From the NCBI GenBank assembly GCA_965197905.1, contig CBDAOB010000004.1, forward strand, positions 1,812,878 to 1,876,877: DNA of 64,000 bases, read 5' to 3'. How positions within the stretch are numbered: the stretch's first letter is position 1; the number at the start of each line of letters is the position of its first letter. Below, piece after piece: positions 46,934-55,314 of this stretch. The translations under genes and the position numbers were made by a program. A model generated the notes under the pieces. The model saw only the letters and a list, made by a program, of their open reading frames with translations. It was not told where the DNA came from and searched no databases. The DNA is from Candidatus Latescibacterota bacterium (GTDB taxonomy: Bacteria > Latescibacterota > UBA2968 > UBA8231).

Positions 46934-49477
46934 ATGAAACAACGCAAAGCTGACCTCGGGTGGCTCATTCCGTGGGTCGTGCTGCTGCTAGGCGCACCCC
47001 ACTGCGGCGAGCAATCGACCAAGTCACGTGACCTCATCCCCGACGACTACAGCAGTGAAGACCGAATCGCCTTTACCTCAGATCGGGACGGCGATTTCGA
47101 TATCTATGCCATGAGCTCCGATGGCGAAGAGCAGTTTCGATTGACTCGCCACGAAGCGATGGACGGCGAACCCGATTGGTCTCCCGATGGCACGCGGCTG
47201 GCGTTTGTCTCCAACCGCGCCTTCAACAACGAGATCTATACCATGAACAGCGATGGCTCCGACGTGCGCAGGCTGACCGAGCACGACGCCGTTGACGGCA
47301 GTCCGGCTTGGTCTCCGGATGCATCGCAGATTGCGTTCGTGTCTGACAGAGACCAAAACCTGGAGATCTACGCCGTAGATACGGCTTCCGGCGAAACGGA
47401 CCGCGTGACCGACCACGAGGCCGACGACGTCGAACCGGCGTGGTCCCCCGACGGACGACAGCTCTTGTTCGTCTCCGACAGGTCGGGAAACGCAGAAATC
47501 TACAGTGCCGATGCGGACGGCGGCAATCCGGTCAATCTGTCCCGTCACGACGCAGAGGAAGGATCACCTTCCTGGTCGCCGGACGGCAGCACCATTGCCT
47601 ATCTATCCGACCGCGACGGGAACAGCGACCTCTATCTGATGAACGCACAGTCGCCCGAGATCGAGCCTGTGAATCTGACCTACAACAGCGCATTCGACGG
47701 TTTTACGCCAAGCTGGTCACCTGACAGCGAACAGCTGACGTTCGTTTCCAGCCGCAGCGGCAATAACGATTTCGAGATCTACTCGATGTTCGCGAAACCG
47801 CAACGATTTGTCGAGACACTCAATCAGGCGGGTTTCCCCGCTTGGTCTCGCAACGGCAGCCGCCTGGCTGTGGTGGCGCAGGGAGATGTGAATACAGACA
47901 TCTTCGTAACCGATTCCGACGGCATCGAGATCGACAATTTGACCACCGACGCGGCGCACGAGCGGTTCCCGGCGTGGCACCCCGACGGCAGTGCCATCGC
48001 CTTTACCTCGGACCGCGATGGCAACGATGAGATCTATTGGATGAGCTCCGACGGCATGGTTCCGTTCGAGCTGATAACGGACCCCGCCAAGGACTATGAT
48101 CCGGTATGGTCGCCGAACGAATCGACCATCGCGTTCGTTTCCGACAGAGACGGAAACGCAGAGATCTATCTGGTCCGTTCCGGAGCCCAGGATGAGGCTA
48201 CAAACCTGACCAACCATGCGGCTGAGGACCGCGATCCCGCCTGGTCACCGGACAGCGACCGGGTCGTCTTTGTGTCTGATCGCGACGGCAACGACGAACT
48301 CTACATTTTGACGCTGGCAGATTCCAGCCTCCTGCGCTTGACCAACAACACCCAGCGGGACGGTGCCCCCACATGGTCGCCGGACGGCAAAGAGATCGCC
48401 TTCACGTCCGACCGCGACGGTGTCGTCGATCTCTACAAGATCCAAGCGGACGCAACCTCCAGCGAGGCGATCAGGCTGACCGAGGATGGCGGGGTCGATG
48501 ACCCTGTTTGGGCCCCGAAAAGAGCCGAGATAGCTTTCGTCTCCGATCGCGACGGCAACCTGGAGATCTTTTCCGTCGATGCGGATGGGGGCACGGCGGT
48601 CAATCTTTCCGATTCCCCCGGGGAAGATTACGCTCCAGCCTGGTTTCCCGACGGTTCGCTGTTGGTGTTCGTATCGGATCGCGACGGGCAATTGGATCTG
48701 TATCGGATGAAGAAAGACGGTGACGAGGTCACGCGACTCACGGAGAACGAGGCCGAAGAGGATGCCCCGTCCTGGTCGCCCAGTGGTCTGCAGCTGGTAT
48801 ATGCTTCCGGCTTCACCGGCAATCTCGATATCCATCTGATCGGTTCCCAGGGTTTGGTGCCCGTTCGCGTTACCGATAACCCGGGTGCGGACGTCTGTCC
48901 GACCTGGTCGTCGGACGGAACCCACATCGCCTACGCGTCGAACCGGGACGGCAATTACGAGATCTATACCTCAAAGCTAGAATCGCTGCAGACAACCAAC
49001 CTGACCTTGGCTGCGGCGGATGACCTCTATCCGGCCTGGTCGCCCAACGGCAGGGAGATCCTCTTCGTTTCGAATCGGGACGGCAACACCGAGATCTACC
49101 TCATGAAAGCTGACGGTTCTAACGTAGTGCGACTGACCAACAATCCCTCCGAGGACCTGTTTCCCACCTGGTCGCCCGACAACCAGGTGATTTTCGTGTC
49201 CGACCGGGACGGCCGCTTCGATCTGTATGGAATGGATCTCGTGCGCGGCGCGATGGACGACGTAACCGAAATGGATGGCGGTCCCATCGCGAGTCAGCGG
49301 CGACTCACCGACTTCGGCGTCAGCGCCAGTTCCTCCATTTCCTGGTATTCGGTCCGTGACATCGCCTTCGCTTCCGACCGCGACGGTGCCTCGAGAATCT
49401 ACCTTCGCGACATCACGCCTGAACGCCTGACTTCGAGCCGTGGATTCGACTGGAGTCCAACCTGGTCGCCGCGCTAG
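46934..49477 (+). CDS. Periplasmic TolB-like protein with ~17 tandem PD40/WD40-like beta-propeller repeats
   Basis: Signal peptide; ~45-aa repeat 'I.F.SDRDGN.EIY....DG....RLT.......P.WSPDG' iterated across 847 aa (three propellers' worth). Confidence 0.75.
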   Translation: MKQRKADLGWLIPWVVLLLGAPHCGEQSTKSRDLIPDDYSSEDRIAFTSDRDGDFDIYAMSSDGEEQFRLTRHEAMDGEPDWSPDGTRLAFVSNRAFNNEIYTMNSDGSDVRRLTEHDAVDGSPAWSPDASQIAFVSDRDQNLEIYAVDTASGETDRVTDHEADDVEPAWSPDGRQLLFVSDRSGNAEIYSADADGGNPVNLSRHDAEEGSPSWSPDGSTIAYLSDRDGNSDLYLMNAQSPEIEPVNLTYNSAFDGFTPSWSPDSEQLTFVSSRSGNNDFEIYSMFAKPQRFVETLNQAGFPAWSRNGSRLAVVAQGDVNTDIFVTDSDGIEIDNLTTDAAHERFPAWHPDGSAIAFTSDRDGNDEIYWMSSDGMVPFELITDPAKDYDPVWSPNESTIAFVSDRDGNAEIYLVRSGAQDEATNLTNHAAEDRDPAWSPDSDRVVFVSDRDGNDELYILTLADSSLLRLTNNTQRDGAPTWSPDGKEIAFTSDRDGVVDLYKIQADATSSEAIRLTEDGGVDDPVWAPKRAEIAFVSDRDGNLEIFSVDADGGTAVNLSDSPGEDYAPAWFPDGSLLVFVSDRDGQLDLYRMKKDGDEVTRLTENEAEEDAPSWSPSGLQLVYASGFTGNLDIHLIGSQGLVPVRVTDNPGADVCPTWSSDGTHIAYASNRDGNYEIYTSKLESLQTTNLTLAAADDLYPAWSPNGREILFVSNRDGNTEIYLMKADGSNVVRLTNNPSEDLFPTWSPDNQVIFVSDRDGRFDLYGMDLVRGAMDDVTEMDGGPIASQRRLTDFGVSASSSISWYSVRDIAFASDRDGASRIYLRDITPERLTSSRGFDWSPTWSPR

Positions 49478-50941
49478 CGGCGATCCTTCGCGGGCGTCAA
49501 GTCCCAACGAAGAGGTTCTCGAGGCCCAGGCCCGGGTCTGCACCGGTCCCCGCCAGGCGAGACCTCTCGGCCACCGTTCCGAAGACCCCGATCCGCACCG
49601 AATTCTCCAACTGATCCTGAAATCGGCGCAAGGCGAAGCGGACGGTACCGCGGTGTCCCCGGCGCAGATGGGCGCTTTCTTCGCAGCCATGACCCTGCGC
49701 CGCACCTTCGCTCCGCCGACCAACTGGAACGCGGCGGAGGAAGCGGCGTTTGCGCGATACGGCGACATGCTGCAGGCAGTGTTGCCCCCGGAAATCGGAT
49801 TCTTGCTGCGCCCCCACAACGAGTTCAACCCTGCGGATGAGAACACCTGCCACCTCGTTGAGGCCCTGCGCACCATCCTTCGGGGTGACCACCTTTCCTA
49901 CCTCGAAACCCGGCAGGTGCTGGAGATCATTCTTCACCAAGAGGTCCCGGCGGCGCTAGCTGTGGCGGTGTTGATAGGTCAGCGCATGAATCTGGAGAGC
50001 ATCGAGGAAAGCCGGGCGTACCTGGATGTCCCAGGCGGACCGGAGGCGGCGGTCGCGGTCGAGCTTGAGTCCCTGACTCACTTGGGTGAGCCGTACGACG
50101 GTGCGAGGCGCTATTTCCGACCTTCGGTGTTTGTCGCTGCGGTTCGTGCGGCGTTGGGGCGGCCAACCGTGCTGCACGGTGTGGACGGCATGCCACCCCC
50201 AAATGGGGCGTGACCGACGAGCAGGTAGTACGTGCCCTGGGGGCCCGCACCGACCTCAACCTGGAGGATGCGAAAACGTTGCTTGAGGACCCCGAAGTGG
50301 GTTGGGTCTACATCAGCCAGCGCGAGTATGCCCCCGGTCTTTACCGGTTGCGGCAGCTGCGAGAACACATCAAGAAGAGGCCTCCGTGGGCGGCGACCGA
50401 GAAGGTGTGCCAACTGTTCAGGTGCGGCGCCAACGACTGCATGGTCGCCGGCATCTACCACCACGGCTACGACGACTCACTGCTGCAGCTGATGTGGGAG
50501 CGGGGTTTGAGTTCCGGGTTGGTAATGAAGGGAGAGGAGGGAAGCAGCTTCTACTCCCTGCGCCGGGGAAACCCATCTGCCCGCAGCACCATGGCGATGA
50601 ATTACACCCGAGGATTCCGGCGTAGAGGGAGTCAGCGGTTTGATTTCACCCACGACGTCGATCCGCGTCAGTACGGTTTCGAATACGAGCTGAATCCACG
50701 GTTGACCGCGGTCACCGCAGCAGCGGTCGCCGCCACCGGTTCGGCGGCGTAAAATGGGGTCGAGGGGCACGGGTTCGATCGCATCGCCCTGAACGCAGGC
50801 CTGTTGGACTACTTTCTAGGATTCTCCGGCGATCCCCAGGGGTCGATTCAGGAAGCCCGCACCGCGATGGTGAATGGGCAGGCCGCGGCACGGCTGCAGG
50901 CGTATGTAGTGCGTGCGCCGGCCCGTGCGGCATCCGGCTAG
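49440..50941 (+). pseudogene. TrpD-like (glycosyl transferase family 3 / anthranilate phosphoribosyltransferase-like) gene, apparently disrupted
   Basis: Three consecutive protein-like segments. (i) 49440..50213, frame 0: N-terminal helical domain 'AQMGAFFAAMTLR' and 'LHGVDGMPPPNG'. (ii) 50210..50752, frame 2: 'VTDEQVVRALGA...' resembles the KHGNRSVSSKSGSADVLEALG region if joined, implying a 2-nt indel at ~50205-50212. (iii) An in-frame TAA at 50750 is followed by 'DRIALNAGLLDYFLGFSGDPQGSIQEARTAMVNGQAAARLQAYV', which matches the TrpD C-terminal helix. Family assignment is from motif memory only. Confidence 0.35.
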
Positions 50942-50959
50942 GGTTAGCTGGATGGCGGC

Positions 50960-51784
50960 TCAGACAGGCTCAGAAAGTGCCACGGCGTAGGCCAATTGTA
51001 GAGCGAAGGCGATGGCGGTCGCGACCCCGCAAACCCCCGCGCCAAGGTAGGCACCCAGGCCTTCCCGGCCGGGAAACCGCACGAAGATCGACGCTACCCC
51101 GTACCCCCCGGCGAACCCTCCCAAGTGAGCCCAATTGTCGATGCCGGGGAACACCAAGCCGAAAACGAAGAGGATACCTGCCCACTGCAGAAACTGCCGG
51201 GTGAACAACGAGCTTCCCGATCTCCGGCCGTATACGATCGCCGTTGCCAGCAGGCCGAAGATCGAACCCGAAGCACCCAAGGTGGCGTTGTGGCCCATCG
51301 TGGCCGACAGCCAGAAGCCCGCAATCCCCGCCACCGTGAAGATGGTGAACAGGCGGAACGGTCCGAACAGTTCCTCGACCAAGGGACCCAGCTGCCGGAC
51401 CCACATCATGTTGAAAAAGATGTGAAGCAATCCCCCGTGTAGATAAATGGCGGTGATGAGGGTCCACCAATGCCCGTACTGGTAGACCAACCCGCCGCCG
51501 GTCATACCAAACATCAGGTTCGCTTCGAAGCTGGGAGCGAGAATGCCCAGCATACCCCGAGATTGAAAAATCGCCGATGGGTCGCTAAGCAGCGCCAGCA
51601 GATATAGACCAACACATACGACGAGGATCAGATGGGGGAAATCGAGGCGCAAGCCGACCTTGCGCATAGCTGTGGTGAATCCCCACAACCCGGGTTTGGG
51701 TTGGCCACAATGCGGGCAGCTGGCGGCGTCATTACTGACGAGCTTGTGGCAACGAGGACAAAGGATGGCTGGCATAGTGAACAA
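50960..51784 (-). CDS. Rhomboid-family intramembrane serine protease with N-terminal zinc-ribbon
   Basis: 'CPRCHK...CPHCG' zinc ribbon; rhomboid core with 'GASGSIFGL' (GxSG) and catalytic His in 'NWAHLGGFAGG', six TM helices. Confidence 0.8.
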   Translation of the reverse strand: MFTMPAILCPRCHKLVSNDAASCPHCGQPKPGLWGFTTAMRKVGLRLDFPHLILVVCVGLYLLALLSDPSAIFQSRGMLGILAPSFEANLMFGMTGGGLVYQYGHWWTLITAIYLHGGLLHIFFNMMWVRQLGPLVEELFGPFRLFTIFTVAGIAGFWLSATMGHNATLGASGSIFGLLATAIVYGRRSGSSLFTRQFLQWAGILFVFGLVFPGIDNWAHLGGFAGGYGVASIFVRFPGREGLGAYLGAGVCGVATAIAFALQLAYAVALSEPV

Positions 51785-51938
51785 TCTTCATTGCGAGATT
51801 CGACTCGCGCGAACAATCTCGATCCGGATTTCCCGGTTGGATCGAATATAGAGGCAGACCGCAGCCGGTTCCACACCGCCAGGTCATTGCGTCCCCATGG
51901 GGGCCGCCGTATTATGATCCGGTCCAACGAGGAGGGGG

Positions 51939-52730
51939 ATGCGACCTATCATCATCGGTGCCGGCAGGGGCCGCCGGTTGAACGCATTGACTGAGCGACA
52001 GCCGAAATGTTACGCCGAGGTCGGCGGCAAACGGATACTCGACTGGCTGCTGGAAGCGCTGCAGGATGCCGGCCTCGAGTCACCCGTTTTCGTAGGCGGT
52101 TATCAGATCGATCTGATACGGGAAGATTATCCGCATCTACAATTCTGCCACAACGAAGCTTGGCCCAACAACAACATCCTCGCGTCCCTGTTTTACGCTG
52201 AAGACCACATGCACGATGGGTTCGTCTGTTCCTACGCGGACATCCTCTTTCGGGGCAGCGTCGTGCGCCGGGCGCTGGAGCACCCAGGGGACATGGTCTT
52301 GTGCGTCGACAGCGGCTGGCGCAAACGCTATAGCGACAGAAGCCAGCATCCCGAGGAAGACGCCGAGAAGGTGATCGCCGACGGCGACAAGCTGCTGCGC
52401 ATCGACCGAGCTATCCCAGCCGCGGAGGCCACCGGCGAATACATTGGTGTCGCCAAGTTCAGTTCCACCGCGGTATCATGGCTTCGCGGCCACCACGATC
52501 GGGTCAATATGATGTTCTCGGGGCGCGTCTGGAGAGACGGCGCGCCGTTCGAAAAATCCTACCTGATCCATCTTTTCCAGGAGATGATTGAACAGGGCCT
52601 GGAGTTTCATATGGTGACTACCAACGGCGAGTACATGGAGATAGATACCGAGGAAGATTATGCGCTGGCCAACGCCGGTTGGCCCACCCGGTTTGTGCGA
52701 CCCGAAGGCACTTCTTATGTCGACGGTTGA
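51939..52730 (+). CDS. Sugar/alcohol-phosphate nucleotidyltransferase (LicC/CTP:phosphocholine cytidylyltransferase-like NTP_transferase)
   Basis: 'IIIGAGRGRRLNALTERQPKCYAEVGGKRILDW' nucleotide-binding signature and overall LicC-like length and layout. GGAGGGGG RBS. Confidence 0.6.
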   Translation: MRPIIIGAGRGRRLNALTERQPKCYAEVGGKRILDWLLEALQDAGLESPVFVGGYQIDLIREDYPHLQFCHNEAWPNNNILASLFYAEDHMHDGFVCSYADILFRGSVVRRALEHPGDMVLCVDSGWRKRYSDRSQHPEEDAEKVIADGDKLLRIDRAIPAAEATGEYIGVAKFSSTAVSWLRGHHDRVNMMFSGRVWRDGAPFEKSYLIHLFQEMIEQGLEFHMVTTNGEYMEIDTEEDYALANAGWPTRFVRPEGTSYVDG

Positions 52731-53796
52731 CAATTACGGAGTTCTCTTTCCCACCAGCGTGGTCGGGTCCATGCCGCGCCCCGACTTTGTGCGCGAGTTG
52801 CTGGCCCCTGGATCTGCAGCGTCGAATGCCCAGGCGCATCGCGCCATGAACACCGCTGTTGCCCATGTCGTGACCATGCAAGAAGTGGCCGGCCTCGACG
52901 TAGTCACCGACGGAGAGTGGCGCCGCGCTTCCTATATCGGTGTGATCGCCGAACTGGCGCATGGGTTTCAGGTCGGCACAAACCCGACAGACGGCAGGCC
53001 GTGGACGACCGTGGTAGAGAAGTTGGAGCCCAAGGCGCCAGGTTTCATTGCCGCAGAAGCCCGTTTCCTCAAAGGGGCAACCCGTAAACAGACAAAGATT
53101 ACGCTGCCGGCGCCGGCTCTGCTGGGAGAACGGATGTGGGACCCTGAGCGGTCGCGTCAGGCCTACCCATCACGTCAGTCGTTCGTCGAGGCGTGTGTGC
53201 CGATCCTGCGGCGGGAGCTGGAGCTGGTGTGCGCGGAAGGGGTGGACGTGATCCAGATCGACGATCCCCACCTGTGCCTGTTTGTGGACCCCGAGGTCAG
53301 AAGCCGTTGCGAGGATGCCGAAGCCGAAGCCGATTTTTCGGTGGCCGCCAACAACGCGCTGATGGAAGGAATAGGGAGCGTCACGCGGGCGGTGCACCTC
53401 TGTCGCCGCGCTGGGGCTCGGGTACGGGGCGAGGCTTTTTTTTCCGGCGGCTACGAGGCCATCAAGTCCCAAATCAATCGGTTGGAGGCAGACCACCTGA
53501 CCATGGAGTTTGCCAGCCCTGCGGCGGGGACGCTCGAGGCACTGGCTGATTTGCGAGAGGATCTGGAGATCGGATTGGGGTGTGTTAGCGTCGAGCCCGG
53601 TGTGGTGGACACCAAAGAGACGATCGTTTCCCGGGTTGAAGGCGCATTGGAGGTGTTGTCTCCGGAGCGGGTGGTTCTGAATCCGGATTGTGGGTTCGCT
53701 CCCGGATCGGCCGCGGTCGTCGATGTCGAGGAGGTGTATCGAAAATTGAAACAGATGGTAGCAGCAGCCGAGATTCTGCGCGACCGATACGGTTAG
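52717..53796 (+). CDS. Cobalamin-independent methionine synthase (MetE) C-terminal-domain-like protein (UroD/MetE-like, short form)
   Basis: 'VVGSMPRP', 'DGEWRR', 'IQIDDPHL', 'DCGF' match the Meth_synt_2-type zinc/substrate motifs. The start at ATG 52717 overlaps the upstream gene by 14 nt; the track ORF extends to 52660. Confidence 0.6.
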   Translation: MSTVDNYGVLFPTSVVGSMPRPDFVRELLAPGSAASNAQAHRAMNTAVAHVVTMQEVAGLDVVTDGEWRRASYIGVIAELAHGFQVGTNPTDGRPWTTVVEKLEPKAPGFIAAEARFLKGATRKQTKITLPAPALLGERMWDPERSRQAYPSRQSFVEACVPILRRELELVCAEGVDVIQIDDPHLCLFVDPEVRSRCEDAEAEADFSVAANNALMEGIGSVTRAVHLCRRAGARVRGEAFFSGGYEAIKSQINRLEADHLTMEFASPAAGTLEALADLREDLEIGLGCVSVEPGVVDTKETIVSRVEGALEVLSPERVVLNPDCGFAPGSAAVVDVEEVYRKLKQMVAAAEILRDRYG

Positions 53797-53844
53797 AGCC
53801 ACAGCTCCTTCTCCGCCGCGGGCGGTCGCGACGGCTCGTGTATC

Positions 53845-55314
53845 CTAAAGACGACCGCCACTGTTGGCCCGGCGAATCCAAACCCGCACCCGTTTCATAG
53901 AAAGATCCAGCGAAGGTTCGACGTGCCGCAAACGCTCGATCACCTCACGCGCGGTTAACGACCGCAGGGCCGCGACGGAGGCGATGCCGGCCTGCACCAG
54001 GTGGTTCCCATAACGAACCCCGATGCCTTCGTGAAGGTAGAGTTGTGTTATGGTGCGAAGATGCTGCAGACGAGCGGGATCGAGATCGCTTGCCAGCGCC
54101 TGCCAGAGAGCCGTTGCCCCGTGCCCTCCAAGCTCGGTGAGGTAGTCGACCCGGTGCGCTGCCAGGGCGGCGCGCGTGGCCTGATCCAACGGTACTACCT
54201 GCTCAACCCTGGGCGTCACTGAGGTGATCGTCCAACGGTCCATATAGCGGTACACCGCGAAGGAAAAAAACACGGCCAGGAGCACCACAGCCACCTGCAG
54301 GCTGGTCGAGGCGGGCGCCTGCTTGCGATCGACGAAATGTCCAAATGATGGCGCCAGGCGGTGCCATACCAGGAAGCGATACAGCACCGCGCACTCGAGT
54401 GCAAAGGGAGGGAATCCCAAAAACCCCGCCACCGGCATCTCGAACAGTTTGAGCTCGTCGAAGAAAGGAACGGTGTAGATCCATTTGGCGCGGGCCCAGT
54501 AATTGAAGAATTCCCAAAACAGCCCGGCGAACAGGCCTGCCAGTAACATGCGCACCGTCGGTCCGTACACCCCCGACTCCAGCTGGCGCAGCAAACTGTC
54601 GCCGCCCCTTCGGTAATTCATGGGTGCAACGATGAGGATCGGACCGACCCAGATCAGCGGAAAGAAATACCGTGGGTAGAGAAGGGACATCGCCAGAAGG
54701 ACAAGCCCCAAAAGCTGAAACACCGTCAGCCGGACCGGGGTGATACGCACGGCCACCGATCTTACCTGCCTTGCGACCCCCAGTTGCGCCAGGTAATGAT
54801 CGATCCAGAATATTCCGGGGAACACCGTAGCGAACGAAACGAAGGACCCCACCAGGCGCAGAAGGTCGTGGTCGGTGACGAAGATATAGTACCAGTTCTG
54901 CAACCGAAGGTTGAGCAGCTCGAAGAAGAACCAGCAGGTCGTGGACCACAGAAGAAGCAGGAAGAAACCGGCTCCGCAGCGTTTAACCAGCGACGATCCT
55001 TCGGTGCGGCGGATCAGCATATCCACCGTGTAGATCAAACCGACCCAGGCAAACAGATAGAACTCGGTGGCGAACGGTTCAATTCGGAGAAACATGAGCG
55101 CAAAACTCGCGCCCAACCACACGATCCCAACCACGATACTGACCACGTGAAAACCTTTCCTCCTGAATAGCGTACCAAAAAGAGGGCGTTTCGCTGCAGA
55201 CGGTACGCCTTGAGAAGCTTCGGAGCAATCGGCTCGGCCCCGGAGTCTTGACGTTCGCCGTCCGCTCCCTATAGGTTGTGAATCCCGAGGCCCCGTGTTG
55301 ACCACTTCGCTCAT
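53845..55314 (-). CDS. Integral membrane protein with C-terminal helix-hairpin-helix-like (DUF4332-like) domain
   Basis: ~9 TM helices after a low-complexity N-terminus. The start is uncertain (track ORF to 55443, which would overlap the divergent gene). C-terminal 120 aa 'RVDYLTELGGHG...GIGVRYGNHLVQAGIASVAALRSLTAREV' looks HhH-like. Confidence 0.4.
   Translation of the reverse strand: MSEVVNTGPRDSQPIGSGRRTSRLRGRADCSEASQGVPSAAKRPLFGTLFRRKGFHVVSIVVGIVWLGASFALMFLRIEPFATEFYLFAWVGLIYTVDMLIRRTEGSSLVKRCGAGFFLLLLWSTTCWFFFELLNLRLQNWYYIFVTDHDLLRLVGSFVSFATVFPGIFWIDHYLAQLGVARQVRSVAVRITPVRLTVFQLLGLVLLAMSLLYPRYFFPLIWVGPILIVAPMNYRRGGDSLLRQLESGVYGPTVRMLLAGLFAGLFWEFFNYWARAKWIYTVPFFDELKLFEMPVAGFLGFPPFALECAVLYRFLVWHRLAPSFGHFVDRKQAPASTSLQVAVVLLAVFFSFAVYRYMDRWTITSVTPRVEQVVPLDQATRAALAAHRVDYLTELGGHGATALWQALASDLDPARLQHLRTITQLYLHEGIGVRYGNHLVQAGIASVAALRSLTAREVIERLRHVEPSLDLSMKRVRVWIRRANSGGRL

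Noticed and set aside
50750-50752. In-frame TAA as possible programmed readthrough or recoding
   Set aside because: TAA is not used for selenocysteine (TGA) or pyrrolysine (TAG); combined with a second frame break 540 nt upstream, pseudogenisation or sequencing error is far more likely.
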